In this document: piece after piece, positions 11,775-21,386 of the stretch
How the letters are laid out: the number at the start of each line of letters is the position of its first letter
Numbering within the stretch: position 1 is the first letter of the stretch
From: Ignavibacteriota bacterium
Lineage (GTDB): Bacteria > Bacteroidota > Ignavibacteria > UBA10030 > CAVZMI01
Reading direction: 5' to 3'
Assembly (NCBI GenBank): GCA_963776275.1
Contig: CAVZMI010000027.1
Span: forward strand, 1-64,000
Length of the DNA: 64,000 bases
Translations under genes and position numbers: made by a program
Notes under the pieces: generated by a model
Databases searched by the model: none
The model's input: the letters and a program-made list of their open reading frames with translations, nothing else
What the model was told of the DNA's origin: nothing

Positions 11775-12098
11775 TAAAGCCGCTATTTGCAGAATTGAAG
11801 GAGGATTGGGGTGAGTTTAATCAGAGGATTTGATTGACACGATCCTGAAACGAGTTTAGGGCTTATCTTTCTGTTTCTCAGTGGTACAATAATGGGGAGT
11901 TGTTAATACAACTTAATTAATCTATCATCGAGGTTGAATACGCCGAGTTTAATATTACTAACCACCGGCGACTAGACAAAAAGTAAAAGCGATTTAAATT
12001 CCATTTAAAAAACTTCCAAATCTATAATAAATAGGTGATATTAACATTTACCCCTTATTACCCAATTCTATAGCGATTGTAAAGAACAATTCAATAAA

Positions 12099-13835
12099 AT
12101 GAGTACTGATAAATATAAAATATCATTAAATAGATTCGTACAATTTTTATCCAATAATGCAATTCTACCAGTGTGCTCATATGTCAGGGACAATAGGGGG
12201 AAGAAATTATTCAAAATATATGATGAAAATCGTGAACTAATCAAATTGAGAGAAGTACCACGATTGCTTATTGATACATTGATTTTAATAGAAGACAAGC
12301 GTTTTTACTCTCATTATGGAATTGACCCTGTTGCGATAGCACGAGCAATTCTTACCAATATAAAGAAAGGTGCGCTAGTTCAAGGAGGTAGCACAATCAC
12401 TCAACAGTTAGTTCGAAATATTTTTCTTACTAAGAGGAAAAGTATATTAAGAAAAATTGCAGAATGCATAGTAGCCTTCATATATGAGATGAAACGATCT
12501 AAGGAACAAATTTTGAGAGACTACCTAAATACCGTTTATTTTGGAGAGTGCATATATGGGATTAAAAATGCGGCAAAAACACTTTTCTCAAAAAAAGTAC
12601 ACCATTTAAGGACAGAGGATATCGCTATATTAGTAGGTATGATCAAATCACCAAATTACTATTCTCCAATTAGATTTCCACATAGGGCTGAAGCTAGAAA
12701 AAAGTTTATACTTTGGAAAATGAAACAAGCGAAATTAATAAATGAAAGAGAGTATAATCGTGCAATTACTGAAACAATCCAAATATTTTCAAAAACAAAC
12801 GAATGTGAGATCGCTCCTTATGTCAGAGATTACATTAAGAGTATTTTACAAAAGGATTTCCATACCCATTTCCCACAAAATAAATTAATTATCGAATCAT
12901 CTATAGACCGAGATATTCAAGAGAGTATCAATGAAGTGCTTGTAGAGTGTAATCGTTCTTTAGTTGAAAATGTATCAATGTGTGTACTTGAAACGAAAAC
13001 CGGTCAGATAAAAGGGATGGCTGGTGGTACAAATTACGATATAATAAAGTTCAATTCTGCAGCTAATGGAATATTACAACCAGGTTCTACTTTGAAACCC
13101 TTCATTTATGCACAGGCACTTATTGAAGGATTTAGCCCTAATGATGAATTTGAAAGTCGAGAACTGGAGATCCGTCTTGATGATGGAAAAATATGGAAAG
13201 TCAGAAATTGGCAAAATCATTATTATGGTAATATAAAACTTCACGATGCATTAGTTTTCTCAGACAATACAGTATTTGCTCAACTTATTCAACGAATAGA
13301 TTTGGATAAACTTCAAAATCTATTAAATAGTGTGGGAATTACAATCAATAATCCTACATTATCCTTAGCAACTGGCGCTATGGAAGGTGGGGTTTCACCA
13401 CTATCTTTAGCTGGTGCATACTCACCGTTTGCCAACGCCGGCTTCTATTACAAACCTCGAATTATCACGAAGATATATACGGAAAACAGAGAATTAATTT
13501 ATGAGTTAAATAAAGCTCCAATAAGAGTAATTAATGAAGACGTCGCACATATCGTACATGATGCACTAAAGGGTGTCATCTCGTATGGGACTGGTTACCA
13601 TCCAGATTTAGTTACTTTTGCTGGGAAGACTGGAACAACTGAAAGTGGTTCCCTCCTATGTGCTTATGATGATGAATATTTAGCATCTGTGTGGATTGGC
13701 TTCAATCCTCAAAAATATAGAACGGCTGCAGAATATTATGAGAAGGGAATAGCTCCTAAGTCAATTTTTGCAAAATTTATACGCAAACTATCAATTCGAA
13801 AATTATTCAAAGAACCTCATTTTTCAGTATTTTAA
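12099..13835 (+). CDS. Class A penicillin-binding protein (transglycosylase + transpeptidase)
   Basis: GT51 motifs EDKRFYSHYGID, GGSTITQQL, RKIAE, YLNTVYFG. Transpeptidase motifs GSTLK (SxxK), SDN, KTGT. Confidence 0.9.
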   Translation: MSTDKYKISLNRFVQFLSNNAILPVCSYVRDNRGKKLFKIYDENRELIKLREVPRLLIDTLILIEDKRFYSHYGIDPVAIARAILTNIKKGALVQGGSTITQQLVRNIFLTKRKSILRKIAECIVAFIYEMKRSKEQILRDYLNTVYFGECIYGIKNAAKTLFSKKVHHLRTEDIAILVGMIKSPNYYSPIRFPHRAEARKKFILWKMKQAKLINEREYNRAITETIQIFSKTNECEIAPYVRDYIKSILQKDFHTHFPQNKLIIESSIDRDIQESINEVLVECNRSLVENVSMCVLETKTGQIKGMAGGTNYDIIKFNSAANGILQPGSTLKPFIYAQALIEGFSPNDEFESRELEIRLDDGKIWKVRNWQNHYYGNIKLHDALVFSDNTVFAQLIQRIDLDKLQNLLNSVGITINNPTLSLATGAMEGGVSPLSLAGAYSPFANAGFYYKPRIITKIYTENRELIYELNKAPIRVINEDVAHIVHDALKGVISYGTGYHPDLVTFAGKTGTTESGSLLCAYDDEYLASVWIGFNPQKYRTAAEYYEKGIAPKSIFAKFIRKLSIRKLFKEPHFSVF

Positions 13836-13844
13836 GGTGAGAAT

Positions 13845-14528
13845 ATGTTGACATTTAGCAATACGGAAAATGGGAAAATGTTAGAGCAATTAATTATAAT
13901 GGGCATCGGTTTTATAATTGCATTGATCGGTTGGATTGTCAATCAGCTTATTATTAAACGTTGGGATAGTTTTAGATCAGAGAACAGAGCAATCGCCTTA
14001 GAAAGACTGGAACAAGCGTACCAACCGCTCTATTATTTAACTGGTATCTTTTTATTAAAATTGAAAAATAATGAGGACATTATATTAATTAAGCAACGAA
14101 TTTCGGAAATTTTGGAAAAGCACGGTTATCTATTATCAGAGGAGGTTGAAAAATTAATCATCGCTTATTTGTTCATGAAAGAACCAGCGTTAAGTGTTTT
14201 AGAGAATGAGCGGTTGAAACTAGCGAATGAAATTCAAACCTTGAAACATCTTGTATACCCCTCATATAGACTTTATAAAGAATATTACACGAAGAATATA
14301 TTTGGCAAAATAGGTATTTTTTGGCAAGCTGTTCAATATAGAATTTTCTTTGCCATTTTAGTTCTCTCTATTCTTACCTTAATTGGTTATGTTGCTTTTA
14401 TCTTTCCAACAACATTCGTCGTCCTCCTTATTATTTACCTCATTCTTGGTGCTGCCATCTATCTGTACAATGATACTAAGAAAGCAAAGCATCTTAAAAT
14501 TGGGATACATAGAAATCAGAAACAGTAG
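13845..14528 (+). CDS. Hypothetical membrane protein (1 N-terminal + 2 C-terminal TM helices)
   Basis: 227-aa AT-rich ORF 9 bp after the PBP stop; hydrophobic stretches. Confidence 0.7.
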   Translation: MLTFSNTENGKMLEQLIIMGIGFIIALIGWIVNQLIIKRWDSFRSENRAIALERLEQAYQPLYYLTGIFLLKLKNNEDIILIKQRISEILEKHGYLLSEEVEKLIIAYLFMKEPALSVLENERLKLANEIQTLKHLVYPSYRLYKEYYTKNIFGKIGIFWQAVQYRIFFAILVLSILTLIGYVAFIFPTTFVVLLIIYLILGAAIYLYNDTKKAKHLKIGIHRNQKQ

Positions 14529-14584
14529 GAATCAATCCCTACGCCTAAAGTGAAATATTCTCATATAAATCAGGAGAGGTCTTT

Positions 14585-14728
14585 ATGAAAACAGCCGGCA
14601 TAATCGGTAGCATTGCCCCGGCCTCGACTATCGAATATTATCGTCTATTCATTACGTTGTACCGTGAACGGAAAGGAGACGAAAATTATCCGCCGGTCGT
14701 CAGACTTCAACGGACGAAGTCGAGCTAA
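14585..14728 (+). pseudogene. Aspartate/amino-acid racemase N-terminal remnant
   Basis: Manual translation MKTAGIIGSIAPASTIEYYRLFITLYRERKGDENYPP after RBS GGAGAGG. It runs into repeat copy 2 and stops there. Confidence 0.6.
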
Positions 14729-14855
14729 TGATCCTCTGGCTCAGAGGTCATCTCGATATGGCTGCTTAAAAAAAATCTTTTTAACTCGATGACCTGGCAA
14801 TTCATGAGCCAGCTTCCTGAGCTCGGGGCAAGCATCGAGGGAACCGACGTTAAAA
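14694..14855 (+). repeat. ~170-bp structured direct repeat, copy 2
   Basis: Matches 11164..11340. A partial third copy of the first hairpin lies on the minus strand at ~16196-16224. Confidence 0.85.
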
Positions 14856-14869
14856 GCATAGGAGGTTTT

Positions 14870-15731
14870 ATGGAGACGAGGAAAATAAAGAAGATCTTCA
14901 AAAGCCAGCCTTTTCTTGAAGGAGCGGGTGTACGGCTTAAACGGGCTATGGGAAATAAAGAGGTACCTCAATTCGATCCCTTCCTTCTTCTGGATGATTT
15001 TCGGTCCGATCATCCGGATGATTACATCAGAGGATTCCCATGGCATCCTCACCGGGGAATTGAAACGATCACGTATGTGCTCAAAGGAACCGTAGAACAT
15101 AAAGATAGTATGGGAAACAGCGGGGTCATTTATCCGGGCGATGTTCAATGGATGACGGCCGGAAGCGGTATTATTCATCAGGAAATGCCAGAGGGTGATA
15201 AGCAGGGCGCGATGTACGGGTTTCAGCTCTGGGCAAATCTTCCGGCTTCCCACAAAATGATGGATCCGCGATACCGTGAAGTCAAACAATCGGATATTCC
15301 GGAAGTGGTTCTGGAAAACGGCACGAAGATAAAACTCGTATGCGGTTCCTACAAGAATACAGCAGGACCCGTGAAGGATATCGTTGTCGATCCCGAGTAT
15401 CTCGATATTTCGGTACCGGCCCACTCGGAATTTATTCATGCAACTAAAAAAGGATATACAGTTTTCGCATATGTGATCGAAGGAGAGGGATTCCTGTGTG
15501 AAGAAAGGGATCCGTCTGCTTCCAACGGAACGCTTGTGTTGTTTGATGACGGCGATCAAATCGTCGTTCAGACAGAAGACCGGTCCGATCGGATTTCTCC
15601 TGATATCCGGAAAACCGATAGGCGAACCCATCGCGTGGTACGGACCTGTGGTCATGAATACACAAGAAGAACTTGAAACTGCTTTTTGGGAATACCAGAA
15701 CAATACATTTGTAAAGTATGGGAAATCATAA
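14870..15731 (+). pseudogene. Pirin family protein, frameshift near 15585
   Basis: EGAGVRL, DPFLLLDDF, HPHRGIETITY, WMTAGSGIIHQE, FQLW. C-terminus [14 protein letters not shown] is in the next frame. RBS GGAGG precedes ATG 14870. Confidence 0.88.
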
Positions 15732-15810
15732 AGACTAAAAGCAGAGGAGAAGAAAGGCGCTATACTTAAAATGGGGGGTTAAAACCCTTTATTGTTTGGT
15801 GTTTTTTAAA

Positions 15811-15905
15811 TAGCCACGAACTTCCGCCTTCTCCCGACCCAGTCGGAATTCGGCGGACCACGCCTTCGTTTCACTTCGGCGGGCAGGCGGGAAAGTTCGT
15901 GGCTA
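15811..15905. repeat. Inverted repeat with nested GC-rich REP-like insert (terminator-like)
   Basis: Arms TAGCCACGAACTT / AAGTTCGTGGCTA enclose CCGCC...GGCGGGCAGGCGGG. Confidence 0.6.
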
Positions 15906-16341
15906 TAATTGTTCACTCTACAGATAGATTTGTCATCGATTAGCGTTGTGAGATTCCTCTCCTTAAATCCCGCTACTCACACCTTGACAAACACACCCGT
16001 GTATACCCATCCCGAATACGAAAGATATGGAATGTCGTACCGGTGCACTAGTCGTTCGAGGGCCAGCTCAGCCTCATCGAGCCATCGCGTAGGGATGAAA
16101 GGAAGCCTCCGGAGAATACGGAATTCAAAGCCGTACGTCATGGCGTCAACACGGCGAAAGCCCTTGCCGTCGAGTATTCTAAGAATCCGCAGTGACGTTA
16201 GCTAGACTTCACTCGACTAAGTCGTCCATTAACTCGGCGAAGTAGCCTTTTAGGACGCCCCAGGTGTAGTGCTGCCCTTGATGCTGAATCCAGTCGAAAA
16301 ATTCAGAATGGAAATTTATTAATCTACTGCAAAAGAAAATA

Positions 16342-16896
16342 TTATTTTTTCTTTCGAAGCCATAAATAGAACAATACCAGAGACCCCCAAAAATAAAGCG
16401 AAGTTATTGCCCATCCGGTCGCGAATGGCAGCGTCCAGAATGAATAAAAGTCGGCAGCCTGATACTTCGCATATGTACTGGATACATTAAGAGTAATATC
16501 TTTTAATGCCAAAATGATAATTCCAACCAGGACAAGTAATGAGATATAGCTTATTCGTACCAGTTTTTCCTTGCCTTTTTTTATCAGCTTCATCGCGACG
16601 ATTAAACCGAGGTATGTCGGAATAACGGCGACTGCCAATAAAACATATGAAAATGCCGCCCTTACAGGAGAATCCAATATATGATCGACCCATTCCCACA
16701 TAAAATTGGTCTCCCATGCAGGCCAACCGGAAAAATAATACCCGGGAGTCGGAGCAATAAATATTGCGCCGTACATCAGCACAACTACTTTCAAAAAAGT
16801 AATTTTCTCCTTATCGTCACTTTTTATCAAATCTTTTCCTGCCTCCGCAAGAACCATTCCAGCCATCATTGAAACGGGGATATCCATTGCTAACAT
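16342..16896 (-). CDS. Hypothetical multi-pass membrane protein (GRE locus), paralogue of 16920..17480
   Basis: 184 aa, ~5 TM. GWPAWE and YSFW..PF..GW motifs are shared with the upstream neighbour. RBS AAGGAGG. Confidence 0.8.
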   Translation of the reverse strand: MLAMDIPVSMMAGMVLAEAGKDLIKSDDKEKITFLKVVVLMYGAIFIAPTPGYYFSGWPAWETNFMWEWVDHILDSPVRAAFSYVLLAVAVIPTYLGLIVAMKLIKKGKEKLVRISYISLLVLVGIIILALKDITLNVSSTYAKYQAADFYSFWTLPFATGWAITSLYFWGSLVLFYLWLRKKK

Positions 16897-16919
16897 GTTG
16901 TCCTCCTTTATAAGTTACA

Positions 16920-17480
16920 CTAAATTTTGCCGCTTACTTTTTTGAACCAGTATACAGCGAATACAGTCGTAATGACAAGATAGCTCATTATCGCTAACCA
17001 ACCGTAAAAAAATGGGGGTTGCCAGAATGAATATCCCATATTTGCATCGATTTCAATCTGGGTTCCCACTTTCCACCAGACACCCCAACGGAGTAAAAAA
17101 GGTAAAAAGGTGAGCACACAACCGATAATGAAACCATAGACTACAAGTTTATCTTTATTTCTCCGGTATAAATGATGTGCAAACATGAAACCGATGTTTC
17201 CAAGAAGCATCATAGCGATTAAAAAGCCGATATAAAATCCCGCAACCAGAGGATGATTGGCAGGATTTTCGACCCAACCTGAAATATACATCACTTCCCA
17301 GGCAGGCCATCCTATCAAAAGAAATAATCCTACGGGTGAAAAGCCGCAAGATAGATAAAGATTTAATGGACCCAACAGTTTGTTTTTGAAGATGTCGGGT
17401 TCATGTTTCAAATATTTTTTTGAGGATAAAGCTAATAACTGTCCCATAGTGAATGCCGCGGGTAAATCTACTTGAACCAT
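16920..17480 (-). CDS. Hypothetical multi-pass membrane protein (GRE locus)
   Basis: 186 aa, ~5 TM, MVQVDLP start, GWPAWEVMY motif; overlaps the activase stop. Confidence 0.8.
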   Translation of the reverse strand: MVQVDLPAAFTMGQLLALSSKKYLKHEPDIFKNKLLGPLNLYLSCGFSPVGLFLLIGWPAWEVMYISGWVENPANHPLVAGFYIGFLIAMMLLGNIGFMFAHHLYRRNKDKLVVYGFIIGCVLTFLPFLLRWGVWWKVGTQIEIDANMGYSFWQPPFFYGWLAIMSYLVITTVFAVYWFKKVSGKI

Positions 17481-18322
17481 GTTATGCTCCCTGTATTTAT
17501 ATATTGTCCGGATATATTATTTATTCTATTTGAAAAAAATTCTATCCAATTTCGTTCTTCATCGATCGTCATTGGCTTTATCCTTAATTCCTTCTCGGGT
17601 TCTCTATTTAATCTTTTCATTTTATCGATACCCGAAGGATTATAGGGAAGGAATGAATATTTATGAATCTTGTATGATCTGAATAATTCGGCTATAAGAG
17701 ATAGATTCTCTTTTGTCGCTGTATAATCGGGAATCAGAGGGATTCTCGGTACTATGTCGATACCAAGGCCGATTAATTTCTTGAAATTATCGAGGATAAT
17801 ATCATTCGATTTCCCGGTATATTTTATGTGTTGTGCCGGATCCACGATTTTTATATCATAAAGGAAAAGATCTATAAGAGATGATAATTTATCCTTAAAT
17901 TCTTCGAATTGAAAATAACCGCAGGTCTCAACGGCAATATGGATATTTTCTCGTTTTAATAGTTTACATACGCTTGAGAGATAGTCGATAAATAGCAACG
18001 GTTCGCCGCCGGTGAAGGTAACCCCGCCTGAAGAGGATTGATAAAAAACCCGGTCACGAAGAATTATTTTCACAAGTTCTTCAGGTGATATATATTGCCC
18101 GACTTTCAATCTTGCCATCGAGTAGCAACCGCTCCTGCAATTACCACAGTTGATGCATTTATCTCTATAATAAATCGTTTCAGGTTTTATGTTCTGAGAT
18201 TCCGGATTTTGACACCATACACATCTTAACTGACATCCTTTCATAAAAATAACGGTTCGGATGCCGGGTCCATTGACAAAGGAACCATGAATGATATCAA
18301 ATATTAAGGGTTTTATAGTCAA
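17468..18322 (-). CDS. Glycyl-radical enzyme activating protein (radical SAM)
   Basis: GPGIRTVIFMKGCQLRCVWCQNPES (CxxxCxxC), CINCGNCRSGC, GGVTFTGGEP, ETCG, YDIK. Confidence 0.92.
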   Translation of the reverse strand: MTIKPLIFDIIHGSFVNGPGIRTVIFMKGCQLRCVWCQNPESQNIKPETIYYRDKCINCGNCRSGCYSMARLKVGQYISPEELVKIILRDRVFYQSSSGGVTFTGGEPLLFIDYLSSVCKLLKRENIHIAVETCGYFQFEEFKDKLSSLIDLFLYDIKIVDPAQHIKYTGKSNDIILDNFKKLIGLGIDIVPRIPLIPDYTATKENLSLIAELFRSYKIHKYSFLPYNPSGIDKMKRLNREPEKELRIKPMTIDEERNWIEFFSNRINNISGQYINTGSITWFK

Positions 18323-18323
18323 T

Positions 18324-18809
18324 TTAGATTTCGAAAATGACTTTCAGATGTTTTGCCATGTAACCGAATTTCATCAAATAATTCAAATTGCCGTCATAGC
18401 TGAGCTTATTTTCAAGCACGAAAGAAAATACATCGGGATCTTCCGCCATCAGGAATTCCCATAACGCTTTACCGTCCTTAAAGATCACGGTCACATTGGT
18501 ATCTTTTATTTCATTTTTCTTTATTATCATTTTATTATCTTTGAATACCGCGGACGCGACGATTTTCCTGTCTGCGCTTTTAAAAGCGTATCGAGCTTTA
18601 AAAGCCACGATATTTCTCTGGTAGTTAAGATCGACATAGAGAACAAGTCGTATGATTTTGAGCAAGAGCTCAAGAAAATCATCCATTATTTCGCTTTCTA
18701 TATTCCGGATGACTTTGTTTATTTTTTTTATCAACCGTTTCAATAATACTCTCCGGAAGAAGTTCGCCATCCGTGTAATGAGTTTTCGAAATAGATTTTG
18801 CATTATCAT
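18324..18809 (-). CDS. Hypothetical protein, probable SCP2 (sterol-carrier)-like fold
   Basis: C-terminal pattern NVTVIFKDGKALWEFL...DVFSFVLENKLSYDGNLNYLMKF resembles SCP2 domains. Overlaps the GRE stop. Confidence 0.55.
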   Translation of the reverse strand: MIMQNLFRKLITRMANFFRRVLLKRLIKKINKVIRNIESEIMDDFLELLLKIIRLVLYVDLNYQRNIVAFKARYAFKSADRKIVASAVFKDNKMIIKKNEIKDTNVTVIFKDGKALWEFLMAEDPDVFSFVLENKLSYDGNLNYLMKFGYMAKHLKVIFEI

Positions 18810-21331
18810 TCACCTCCTTCACCCGAATTGTTCAGTGGTTCGGCTTTCCCCGACAGGAGATTGTACTGCGTACGGGTGATCAATTCATGTTTCATGGCTT
18901 CATTTAAATCTTTGAAGTAAGCTGAGTATCCGGAAACTCTGACTATTAATTCGGGATATTTATCAGGGTGTTTCTGGGCATCCCGCAGCGTTTCATAGGT
19001 CTGGATATTGTATTGGACCTGCATTCCTCCGAGTGAGAAGTAACTTTCAAGCATATCGGCGAAACGTTCCAGGTACGATGTTCCATTGTCCGATTGTGGT
19101 TGAGGTGTGTATTTCATGTTCAATGCAACACCGCCCGGGATGAATTTGCTGCCCAGCTCAGCAACAGACTTATATACTCCGGTCAGATCCCTGGCACATT
19201 GCGACGCAGGGGTTATACCGCTTGAGAATACCTCATAATTTTTCCTGCCGTTTGGAAGAGTTCTGCCGATTTTCCCAAGACCCGCGTGGTTTGTCATTGT
19301 CCAAAACGCCGGCCTGTATCTACCGCCGCGGTAATTTGTATGACTCTGATAAATATCATACAGAAAACGGATCAGGCGTTGAGAATTCTTCACGGCAACC
19401 GGATGTTCAGCAATCGAATCGTCCATGCCGAATTTTGGAACAAAATTCTTGATATAATCATGGATCCTTTCATAAGATTCGAAATTCTTATCGACAGCAT
19501 CCATCAGTTTAGCCATCGTCGCCACGTTTTTCAAATAGACTATATCTTCAACGGCGTTTAAGGAATCGCAAACATCTGCAAAACCAACGTGTGTCACACC
19601 CGAAGAGTTATATATCGCCCCGCCGAAGATCAAGTCCTTTCCTTTTTCCATGGGACCTTCAAAAAAGCAGGAGAGAAGCGGCGTCGGCAGGAGCTTTTGA
19701 TGGGCTTTACCCAGCTCTTCGTTTAACCCGATCGCCATTTCAATTAACGACTTTAACTGCGTTTCAAATGCCGTTTGAAATTCTTCGAAAGTCTTGAAAT
19801 CTTCCGGTTTGCCTGTTTGAGGACCGACTTGCAGATCGCCTGTGATGAACGGACGTTTTCCATTATATAGAGTCATGTCCATCGCCGCCGTGAGGTTTAA
19901 CAATATCGATGATGTGGACATATATTCTCTACCGGCGCTGCCTAACTCGACACATCCAACTATCGCATAATCCCGTGCATGATCAGTTCTAACACCTTGA
20001 TTTTCCAAAGAGCTTATATTGGCCGCATCGTTGTAAAAAGCGGGTATCGCCTTTGTATTTATTATGACGCGGATTACTCTATCACGATATTTTTTATCGT
20101 TTATTTTATCATGATAACGGGCATTAACATTCGGATCTTTAATTACGAGAAGCTCTGTTATTTTAAGCATCAGATAAGTTAAATCGTTTACGGCATCGTT
20201 TCCATCTTTATCAATTCCTCCAAGGGTTACCGCCGGTACAGATCCTGCACCGCCGAACATTTTCTCTGCGCTTTCCGGAACAAGATTGGTATTATCTGAA
20301 ATTTTTAACCATAGACAACCGATAAGGGTCAATGTGTCCTTGACGTCAATTCGATTTTGCTCAAGATCTTTTTTGAAATAGGGGTAAAGAACCTGATCTA
20401 ATCTACCGGGGCTCATCGCCATGTTTACGTTTTCTGCCAGGATCCCGACATGACACAGCCACAGACCATTTATCGCTTCTCGAAAGGTTTCAGCAGGCCG
20501 GGCAGGAACTTTTGCACAAATATCGGCCATTTCAAGAAAATTCTTTCGTTCCTCCTCGGATGATGATTTGACCGATAATTCCAATGATTTTTTTGACAGA
20601 TTTTGTGCATAATTCATGATTCCCTGCATTGCTATTTGCATGGCTTCATAGAATATAATCTTTTCTTTTGCTTCCGGATCCGACTTTTTGGTTTTTAATT
20701 CTTCCGCTTTTTGTTTTACTTCTTCAATGAAAGCAATCAATCCTTTACTTAAAGCTTTCTCATAATAAGGAACGGTATGTGAAATTACGGTCGATTTACC
20801 CGCCATAAAAAATGCAATTTTTTCCATCAGCTTTAGAGCTTTAAGTTCGGGCCTTTTTTCTTGAATAAGTCTTTCCCTTGTCACTTCCAGAACCGTTCGA
20901 TCCATCCAGAACGGAAATACATCATAATTCAATATATTTGCTTCTTCTTCTGTTAGAAGTTGAGGATTTGTTTTTCGTGTGCTGATTGTGTCAAGCTCGG
21001 GCCATATACTTATGCCGAGTAGTTCGGGATAAACAGGTGCTCCGATTTCCTTCGAGGTCGAAGAACCTGCAATAGGATTTTCATTATGAAAAACAGGCTC
21101 TCTTTTACTGAGGTAGTGATTGATCGCCTTCGCCCTTGTGATTTCCACCGGTTCATCGGGATCATCAGGATTTCTCATGTAATCCGTAATAAGTTTTGCT
21201 CTTTCGATGCACACAGCTGTTTTAGCTATTAGATACCGGGACTTCAGCCTCGATAATACGGGAAGATCGTTCAGATTGTATCCGGATAGATCGGGGTCTT
21301 GTTCAATTTCCTTGATTAAGATATTTGCCAT
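18806..21331 (-). CDS. Glycyl radical enzyme (PFL2/eliminase-like), substrate unknown
   Basis: 841 aa. Gly loop VRVSGYSAYF, single-Cys loop IVGCVEL, PAETFREAI, GRLDQVLYPYF. Confidence 0.92.
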   Translation of the reverse strand: MANILIKEIEQDPDLSGYNLNDLPVLSRLKSRYLIAKTAVCIERAKLITDYMRNPDDPDEPVEITRAKAINHYLSKREPVFHNENPIAGSSTSKEIGAPVYPELLGISIWPELDTISTRKTNPQLLTEEEANILNYDVFPFWMDRTVLEVTRERLIQEKRPELKALKLMEKIAFFMAGKSTVISHTVPYYEKALSKGLIAFIEEVKQKAEELKTKKSDPEAKEKIIFYEAMQIAMQGIMNYAQNLSKKSLELSVKSSSEEERKNFLEMADICAKVPARPAETFREAINGLWLCHVGILAENVNMAMSPGRLDQVLYPYFKKDLEQNRIDVKDTLTLIGCLWLKISDNTNLVPESAEKMFGGAGSVPAVTLGGIDKDGNDAVNDLTYLMLKITELLVIKDPNVNARYHDKINDKKYRDRVIRVIINTKAIPAFYNDAANISSLENQGVRTDHARDYAIVGCVELGSAGREYMSTSSILLNLTAAMDMTLYNGKRPFITGDLQVGPQTGKPEDFKTFEEFQTAFETQLKSLIEMAIGLNEELGKAHQKLLPTPLLSCFFEGPMEKGKDLIFGGAIYNSSGVTHVGFADVCDSLNAVEDIVYLKNVATMAKLMDAVDKNFESYERIHDYIKNFVPKFGMDDSIAEHPVAVKNSQRLIRFLYDIYQSHTNYRGGRYRPAFWTMTNHAGLGKIGRTLPNGRKNYEVFSSGITPASQCARDLTGVYKSVAELGSKFIPGGVALNMKYTPQPQSDNGTSYLERFADMLESYFSLGGMQVQYNIQTYETLRDAQKHPDKYPELIVRVSGYSAYFKDLNEAMKHELITRTQYNLLSGKAEPLNNSGEGGE

Positions 21332-21386
21332 TTTATCTCCATTATTACCTGCTGCTTATTGTCGCTATAAATGCGGTTTAATGAGC

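Noticed and set aside
11860-14570. attC sites around the PBP island
   Set aside because: Only partial resemblances (a CGCCG/CGGCG hairpin, GCCTAAA); no complete R''-L''-L'-R' structure.
14741-15703. 320-aa minus-strand ORF
   Set aside because: Antisense shadow of pirin with no motifs. The same applies to 6243..6884, 44707..45396, 61252..62013 and most short ORFs overlapping called genes.
15909-16320. 98-aa plus ORF and minus-strand fragments (e.g. GFRRVDAMTYGFEFRIL...)
   Set aside because: Probably decayed gene ends interrupted by a REP-like hairpin; no start signals or assignable family.
18806-21331. Calling the GRE pflB, cutC or hypD
   Set aside because: No Cys-Cys pair, and neither the active-site context nor the neighbouring genes match those systems.
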